Assembly (NCBI GenBank): GCA_002245135.1
Contig: NGBS01000885.1
Location: 62,001-126,000, forward strand
DNA length: 64,000 bases
Source of the DNA: Proteromonas lacertae
Lineage: Eukaryota
Direction of reading: 5' to 3'
Position numbers and translations under genes: made by a program
The notes under the pieces: model-generated
What the model saw: the letters and a program-made list of their open reading frames with translations, nothing else
The model's database searches: none
What the model was told of the DNA's origin: nothing
Shown here: positions 55,303 through 64,000 of the stretch, piece by piece
Layout: every line of letters begins with the position of its first letter
Numbering within the stretch: position 1 is the first letter of the stretch

Positions 55303-56489
55303 ATGACAGATCAATTGTCACTATTTTCTCCTGAAAATATTTCATCGGATTACCCTATTCAAATACATCCAGTATAAACCATTTAAACTTACTTTAATCA
55401 TTTAATAGTTGGTTTTCTTGAATATATCCGATCATATCACTAGAAATAGATTGAGTGGCCAAGAAGATTTACGTGTACTAGGTATAATGATATTAGTTAT
55501 TCAATATAGGTGTGATAATGGGAAAAGTAACAGAATCAAGAGAAAGTATAGAAATAACCAGTTCATTTGAGCTACAAGAGTATTTAGTACCTGGTACAAA
55601 AGTAAACAACGAGTCAATGAAAGTATGGAGTGATTTAATAGGACAAGTGAATCCTGGCTCTATTGTAATGGGATGGTATACCGTCGACAATGATAAATGC
55701 AATTTAGATGATGAAATTGCATTTAATGAAGAAATGAGAAGTTATATACAAGAAATGACAGATCCAATCTATTTAAAAGTAGATATAAAATCTGCGACCA
55801 ATCAAAACACTACAAATATACCAGTAAAAGTTCAAATGTTGCAATTAGAAGGAGGCAGATACAGTGTAAGAGATTTAAATTACACAATTTTAGCAAATGA
55901 ACAAGAAAAAATAGTAAGTGAATATTTGAATGAAAGTATAATGTTGGACAAAAATGAGAGTGTTGGAAAACACTTCTGTAAGAGTGAAACTGACAGTTTA
56001 TTGAAATTGAAAGAAAAAATAGATGGTTTGAAAGAAGGCTTGATTAAAATGAAGAAAAACAATAAGTATAATTATAAAGTAATAAATGAAATTAATAAAG
56101 TATTAAACTTAATGCCAGTAAACCAAAATGAAGACTTGAAACTAAAATTAGACGAAATCAACAATGAAAGCGATTTAATCAGTCTATTACACAACGAATT
56201 GAACAATTCAATAAATATGATGAATGTCATAACAAGTTGTAATGAATGTAATCGAAAATTAAGTGATTATGCACCAAAGCAAGAATTAATGCATTCTTGG
56301 GGTGGTGGTAGCGGATTTAGTGGACCATATGATGATTATGATGATGACGATTATCATAGAGGAGGAATGAGTGGTAGACGAAGCAATCGTAGAAGTGGAG
56401 GAGGTAGTGGTAGTAAAAGTGGTGGTAGTGGAGGTGGTGGTATGTTTAGTGGATTTGGAAAAGGATTTTTGAATAAAGGAAAAAAATAG
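55303..56489 (+). CDS. CSN6: COP9 signalosome subunit 6 (MPN- domain)
   Basis: IHP|LVFLNISDHITR, GVIMG, IEITSSFEL, VMGWYT. Confidence 0.75.
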
Positions 56490-56610
56490 AATGAAAAGTT
56501 ATTTTTATTATTATTATTGATTTAATGATTGTTGTTGTATTTTGATATATATATAGAGTGAAAAAAAAAGTAGTAATATAAGTATGAATATTTATATTAA
56601 TATATACTTT

Positions 56611-58732
56611 TTACTCCAATCTGATATTTAGTTGATTAAACACAAACTTTACTTCTCTTGGGATAGTAATGGTTCTATCATCTCTAAATACTTTACCACA
56701 ACTGAAACTCAATTTTCTAAATGAATTAATTCCATAAAATGTTTTAACACTCAAACAGGCTTGATAAAATACATTCACATTTGCAGAGTTGTTTAAGAAC
56801 AATTTTTGTGTTTTATCTCTTATTCTTACTATACCGCCATTAATAGAATAGTCTATTCCCATTTCACTGAATATAGCAACAAGAATCATTTCTAAATGCT
56901 TCATGGCAGTGTCATTTCTTTTAAATTCAGCTATTACATCTTCAGAACAATTTTCATTGAATGGAAGTAATTTCTATTAATCAGATGGATAAAAATAGTA
57001 AATAATACAGTATTTTTATGAAGTGTTGATAAGACAGCAGCTTTCTTTACTAAACCAGGAATCTTAGTTGGACTAGAATAATATGAAACAATCTAATTCA
57101 ACATAGATAAAAAAAAATCAATACATTTTCTGTATCTTCAATCTTAGTGGGAGATGAAGCAGCTGATGATGTTTTCTTAGGAGATCCTTTCTTTGCATCA
57201 GGTAATGCTGTTCCAGAACTTTCTAGAAAATAATAGAAAATAATATATTTATTAATACTAATTGAAGGTGCTTTTGGTGCTGGATGATGATCCTTTACCA
57301 GATAATAATTCATTCACTTTATACTTCTTAATTTCAGCCTTCACTTTACTGTTATTATCTTTATCCAAAGTAGAAATAAATGAATTTATTGCTGTTATTT
57401 CCTCTTCAGTAAGTGATTCAACAGATTGTAAAGTAGAAATAAACATTTCTATTCCATCTAATTCGATTATTGTATTCATTGAAAAATCTATTAATTTAAA
57501 CAAATATTTAATAATAATTATTATTATTATACTATCATTTAAAAATGATATTAAACTCATTGGGAAGTTGTTCTTTATAAAATTATCTTTTTCAATTTTG
57601 CTGTAATCATTCAAGATTTTAAATAATAGTTTTGATTTTATAGATTTATCAACTATTCAAATAATAATAATAATAATAATAATATAGACAAATATATATA
57701 TTAATAAATACTTGTAAATATTTCCATTTTTTCTAAAACAATTAATACAACAATAATCAGTTTCAAATTTTCTTGTTGTTCTTCATTACTCAATAAATCA
57801 TTCAGTTTACTTCCTAACTTTTCTTTCTTTAATTTTTCTATATCTTCTTTCTCTATATTAATTTTATCATCTTGACAATAATATTTTATTATAATTTCAT
57901 CCAAAGTTTTATTTCCACTTTTTACATCTGGAGAATATTTTCTTAGAATTTCTTTTCCTTTCGAACTTTCTTTTATCATTTTATCAATAATATCTTCACC
58001 TATTGCATTTTTTATATTTTCTGATATTTTGTTTTTTTCAATCCTTAACCAGTTTATTTTGGTTAATAATTCGTTCCATTTGTCTTCTTTCTTTTCACTT
58101 GCTTTCTTGGTAATGTTTTTACTTATATATGTTGAAACGACAGTCAATACTTTTAATTCACTTTTTACTATAACACCTGGTGTTGATAGAATATATAACA
58201 AACTTTCTATGGAATAGTCATTTATTTCACCACTTTCAAATAATTTATATGCATTGGTTATTATGTAATTATCAACCTTTGATTTGACTTCAGGGATTTT
58301 GGAGCAATTCTGACTTCCTACTATTGGTATCAGCTGTTTTATTAACTTTTCACTGCAATATTCCAACACATAGTCATTGGCTGGCTTGATTAAAGCATTT
58401 TCTTTGAAATACAAACCTGCTTCAAGAACAGATAGTATATTTTTGTCAGTAATAGACACTTCACCACCACCAAAGTATCTTAAAGCTAAATCCAAACTGT
58501 TCTTAGATATCACACCAGGAAGTGTAAAAGATGATCCAAAATTCAGGCTTTTCAATAACTTATCGCATTCTGGATTTGCTTCGCATAAGACTCCCTTAAT
58601 AGCAGACATCTCAAAACCTAATCCACAGAGTGTAATATCACCATAACCTTTTTCACATGCCTTTACGATCAATCTATTATATAAATTGAACAAAATATAC
58701 CCAGCTGTATCAATATCCCTTTTAATACTCAT
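56611..58732 (-). CDS. BTB-BACK domain protein
   Basis: DITL...VLC...LALRYFGGGEVSITDKNILSVLEAGLYF (BTB); LLYILST..VIVKSELKVL...LLTKINW (BACK). Confidence 0.7.
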
Positions 58733-58848
58733 TATATAAGTGTAACTGAAAGATACTTTAAAATTTTATCGTTTCTATTATATTTATTTTGCTCAAACCT
58801 ACCAAATCAATTAGATCGTTTCATAAAAAAACAATCGAAAATACATTG

Positions 58849-59999
58849 ATGGTATTGTTTATACCGTGTAATTCTTTAGGAGGAATCTATTAGAAAATAT
58901 GGCCTTAATGAATTCAGTGTTAAAATGTGTAAAGTATTTCATCGTATAATTTTTCTGCTCTATTTATTAATTAGTCCAATATGAAGAAGTAGAAAATTTG
59001 TGTATATTATTTTCACAGATAAGATCGTATAATTTTTCATGTTATTACATTTTAAACAGACCTGAAAGAAATCATCTTCAAAATGCTGAACTACTAAAGC
59101 AGATACATTTAAATGAGTGTCAATTCACCAAAGCATATTTTAATAGGATTCGTATAAGTATATTTCCAATATTCTATAGCATTTCCGTTATTTGAGTGGA
59201 ATAATTTCTTTCAATCAACACTATTAAACTGTCTAACACCATTCACAGCATTTGTTGACTGTATCATATCTATTCTTTAAAATAATTATAGATTATTTGG
59301 CATTTTTTGGTTTTCCATCCAGTTCAATAACAAGAGATGAATTATTAACATTTATAAATTTAATCAATGATGAATTGAAAGAAGAAGACACAGAATTACT
59401 TAATACAACATTTGGAGAAACAAAATCACACACAATTCATTTACCTGAGGTAGTACAGATAATGAGAAAAATCAACAGACCCTTTGAACCACTAGTAAAA
59501 TTCAGAAAAAATTGTCAAGAATATCTTTTAGGAACAAAAACATGTGAATTAATTCAATTTAGACTTGATAATTTAGAAATGATAAAATCTTATAGAATGA
59601 ATCATAATAATACATTTCCTGACGTTTCATGCTGTACAAAAACGTTTTGGAAGTACCACAAAAACCCATATCGATTTGATTTTGAACCAACTATTAGTGA
59701 TAATGATTTATCATTATTTTCTATAATTAACAATTACAAACAAGACTTCTATGGAAGAAGAAGATCTCATCCATCTATTAAACGAGTTATTTCAGATGGT
59801 GAGAGTTATACAAACATGGCATTTGGAGGTTATAATCGTAAGAAATCAACTTGTTCCAACAGAAGTTCTGCAAGAAGTGTAGTTGTATCTGCAAGAGTAA
59901 TTCAAGTAACTTCCAATGTAAATCCAAATACAACTAGCAATATGACAGCTAATTCATCTTCAATTCCTACACCATATCAAATGAATAATATTAATGGAT

Positions 60000-60034
<35 letters not shown>

Positions 60035-60304
60035 GTGAGTGGTGGAGGTGGATTTATGGTTAGTTCTTCTACCACTCCTAATACGAAATATAATAATTCA
60101 CTATTTGGTGCAACTTCTAATCATATAATAGGGAATCAGAGGAAATCTCCATCACAAGCTATTATTATAAAGTCACCTAAATCACCTACTTTGTCTGATA
60201 CTATTAATTATTCGAATAATAATTACAATTATAATAATACTTCAGGATTACAACCACCACCTACTTTGATTATAAGTACAACAGATCATACTAATAGTGG
60301 TTGA
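58849..60304 (+). CDS. Hypothetical protein, paralog 2 of 53377-55107
   Basis: ATG at 58849 is followed immediately by an intron; shared motifs as listed for paralog 1. Confidence 0.6.
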
Positions 60305-60431
60305 GTAGTAGTGATAATTGTAAAATTATAATAAAACAGTATAATAAATTATTTATTTATGAATGTAACTATTTTTGTTTAACATCATGTAAAAATCATG
60401 TAAAAATTCCTATTAATTTAAAACGGTAAAA

Positions 60432-63400
60432 ATGAGATTTATTATACTCTATTTCATTATCTGTTTTGCAATCGCTGAACTTATCACTAATATAACCGTT
60501 GAAATATATTATGACACACTTGGACAAGTCTATTTGAGTTATGAAAAAGGTTATATAAATAGAATCTTAAATCCCGATAATTTCCAACTTTCAGCTGGAA
60601 CTGGTAAAGTTACATTTCATATAAAGAATCATGACATAATATTGATGAATTACATTCCTCAACACCATCTGTCAGTTAAAGCAAGTGAAGATTATTATTC
60701 CCCAATTTTTATTAATACCATCTATATAGGAATATTTCGAGGTGCTAATAGAAGAGATAAGACAAAGTGCACAACAATAGCTAAAGCTAAAGAATATGTG
60801 AGATATGTGGAGTTAAGTATGAGACTATGGTCAGGAAATCAAGTACGAATAGCTCAAAATGAAGATTTATACATCAGTTCACAATGTTTAGTAATTGATG
60901 AGTCAATTTATGTTGAAGGTAATCGAGTTACAATTAACAACGCATTATACGCAGAAGCAAAAAAAATTGATAATGTTCCAGATGTTGCATCAAGATGGTT
61001 TATAAATGATGATTATATCAGGAGGATGGTTGGGTTTAGCAGTTATTGGTAGTCCAATGGGTGTAGCAAATAGAAATTCAAATTATTGGTTAATATGCAA
61101 ATATAATCCATCCGTTGAAGATCCTACAAACTCAAAACTAGTAATAATAGTTCATGAATTTGGTCACAATTGCGGTTTTGGTCACGGAGGTACACAAGGC
61201 ACAGCAACAACTGGAACATTTGTCACATTTAATGAAGTTGATAATTATAATGATGCAGCTAATTTTATGGGAGTTTATACTACATGGCGACATCCAATTA
61301 TTGCATCTCAATATAGACATGTAGTTGTTGGAGGTAAACCTGAACCATGGTTATTTAAAGATTTAGAAGAAGGATTCCACAAATATAGAATATATGCGAT
61401 TGATCATCCGTATACAAGACATTTCTTAGGTGTTAAAGAAGCATATCATAGTGATGATGAAGTATTTGGTGGAATTTCATTTAAATATAATTGTATGGCA
61501 ATAAGGATATTTATAAATAAGACTATGACCAGTAAGTATAATGGTACAGATGGAACATCTGGTTCAATAATGTTAGAATATCGATATGATCCTTTAGGTC
61601 AACAAGGACCTCAAGAGTTTGGTGTAAGAATAACATATGGTTTTGGTGCGAAAGGTAATTTATTAATGGCTAATATTGATTATTTGCAGTCTTGGGGAGA
61701 TAGTGAAATAATAATAGGAAATGATTATTATCCTCGTGATTTTGACACCGGTACTTTGAAAGTGAGAATAACTAAAATTCATAAGACTGTATTAAGAGAA
61801 TCAATTGAAAAAGAAATAATAAAAGATAATAGAAGAAATTATGATGAGCCAGCCTATGCAGAATTAGAAATAGAATTTTTACCAAACAGCAAACCACCAA
61901 CATTATCACCTCCAAAAGATTTACCTAATTTTATATTTTCACCAAGTTATCATAATTGCTTTAAATTGGATGATGGTAGTGGTTATAATTGTTCTATATC
62001 CACTACAAATAGTGGATGGTATTACTTTGTAAATAATGGAAGTAGAACAAAGAATATTCCAAGAATATATAACAATAAGAATGGATTTATAAAAGGTAGA
62101 AATTCTCTTCGTTCTTATAATGGTTTGGACTTTTCTTTTACTAAAGTTTGTTATGGTGATAATGGTTTTAAATGTATAAATGTGAGTATTAATCTAGTTG
62201 ATTATCCTGATTTGTCCAGCTATTATTATTTTAATACAAATGTTACTAGAATTAAAATAGGTGATAATAGTCAAAAAGTAGAATATTTAGGAATAAAAAA
62301 TGTAATATATGGTGATAATATTGAAATTCCAGAAGGAGGAAGAGTTTATATAACTGATTTATTTGGTAATGAGAAGGATATAAAAATTAATAACAAAGAT
62401 TTTGTCCAGTTTTTTCCAACGTTAGAAACAGATGGATTTGCTGAAGGAGCTGTAGTAGTAAAAGATAAAAGTGGAAAAGTAACATATTATGACAGTTTTA
62501 CTGTTTATCATCAAGAAAATGGAAATAGAGTTGCAATAGAGTATGAAGATGATGGAAAGTTTATACTATCTCCAGCAGTAATGCCAGATGATGAACATTC
62601 TACTACTACATCAATGTTATATCCAGTGACATTCAAAGCTAATAATTGGTATAATTATCCAATCCTAAGATTGGATTATAATGATTATGTGTTTGTAGAT
62701 TTTCGAGGAAATGTTCCTTATGATTTAAAAATTGCAATAGAAACAGATATGGGAGAATATAGTCGAGATTTAAACGCTATGGGTGGATTAAGTAGTGTGT
62801 CTTATAAACTAACATTTAAAGAGCTGAATAGAGCAACAAGTGGATGGGCAGAAATAGATAGAATAAAATTCAATAAAGATGTTGAAATTCAAAATATAAG
62901 ACCAATATATCTTAACAAAATAGGAAATCAAATGGAGTCTGTTTATGCTAAAACAAATTCATTCGATTATGATGGATATAAATATACATTTGATTGTCCA
63001 TACTACAGAAAATATTATATTTATAATAAAGTGAGTATTGATATAAATGGATATACTTTTTCATTTAATACGACAACATCTAAATACATTGTGGATAGTT
63101 TAGTATATCCTACTATTCATCCAACAACAACATTAAAACCAACTACTTTATCTCCAACTTCATTACCTACATCAACATCAATAGATCCTACTTTTACTCA
63201 ACCAACGAACTTCCAACCATCTGATAATAATGATTATACCGATTCTAGTAATTATGATACTAATCCTTCTAATCCTCATAATTCTTCTGATTCAAATGGT
63301 AATTCTGATTCAGATGGTAATACTGGTTCAAAAGAATTTGATATGACAATTTTTTAATTGGTGTAGCAGTTGGTGTAGTAGTTGTTTTATTGGTTATATT

Positions 63401-63494
63401 ATTAATTGGATGTATAATATATAGAATGAAAGCAGTGAAAAGAGCAACATCAAAGGAAGTTTCAGTGAAAACTACTATTAAATATAATGTATGA
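60432..63494 (+). CDS. Membrane-anchored metzincin, gametolysin (M11)-like (two apparent frameshifts)
   Basis: Signal peptide; HEFGHNCGFGH...YND...FMG; S/T/P stalk. A TM helix (LIGVAVGVVVVLLVILLIGCII) appears after a T-run frameshift near 63355. Confidence 0.75.
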
Positions 63495-63648
63495 TATATT
63501 CAAATTGACTATTGAGGTTATATTTATTTTCATACTCTTTAATTAACATACTTCCAAAAAATAATTTATATACATTATACTAAATGATTTATTTATAAAT
63601 ATGTATATATCATAATTATTTACATTAAATATCTAACACAAACAGAAT

Positions 63649-64000
63649 CTAAGCAAAGAATTCTGTGTCTATATCATTCACACAGCTTTCATCTTCTTCC
63701 TCTTTCTTCATCATCATTTTAATATGACTTGAATACATCAATCTCTTGGGAGAAACTGTATCACTTTTATTATACACAATAGAAGGCTTTTTCACTAAAT
63801 TATTGTTCAATTCAAATGAACTTTTATTATTTAAATAACTACCATTATTCTTTAACACGTTTGATTTTTGCTGTTTATTCTCATTATATTCTTTCAATTC
63901 TCTTTCTTTTTCTTTAAAGGAATCTGCATTAATTATTACTCCAGGAAGTGTATCTTGTTGAATTTCTTGAGCATTGTTATTATTATTGTATATCTTTGAA
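63649..64000 (-). CDS. 3' end of an unknown low-complexity protein
   Basis: Open frame enters from the window edge and ends ...TEFFA*. Confidence 0.5.
   Translation of the reverse strand, partial: SKIYNNNNNAQEIQQDTLPGVIINADSFKEKERELKEYNENKQQKSNVLKNNGSYLNNKSSFELNNNLVKKPSIVYNKSDTVSPKRLMYSSHIKMMMKKEEEDESCVNDIDTEFFA

Overview
This is very AT-rich, gene-dense eukaryotic DNA with about 28 protein-coding loci. Most introns are tiny (about 25-40 nt, GTAT...TAG), intergenic spacers are short, and GT-rich TGTTTGTT-like elements follow the stop codons. Together with the gene content (mastigoneme/Sig1-like EGF proteins, a He_PIG/PA14 surface protein, a complex I subunit), this points to a Blastocystis-like stramenopile. 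That assignment is an inference. The supplied ORF track ignores introns, so gene models here were spliced by eye and their boundaries are approximate. Main observations: (1) a mirror-symmetric block, pseudokinase-LRR > < P2X | P2X > < pseudokinase-LRR (about 10.8-23.5 kb), in which the P2X ectodomains look homogenised in patches and both channels carry a shared, unrecognised helical cytoplasmic domain; (2) minor-spliceosome-like introns (RTATCTTT 5' site, U12-like branch point) with non-canonical GT-AT and AT-AA ends, including one in each P2X gene just before the ATP-binding NFR motif; (3) a third, internally deleted pseudokinase-LRR copy; (4) about a dozen small frameshifts, most likely assembly errors. 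No rRNA, tRNA, CRISPR array or transposase was recognised.
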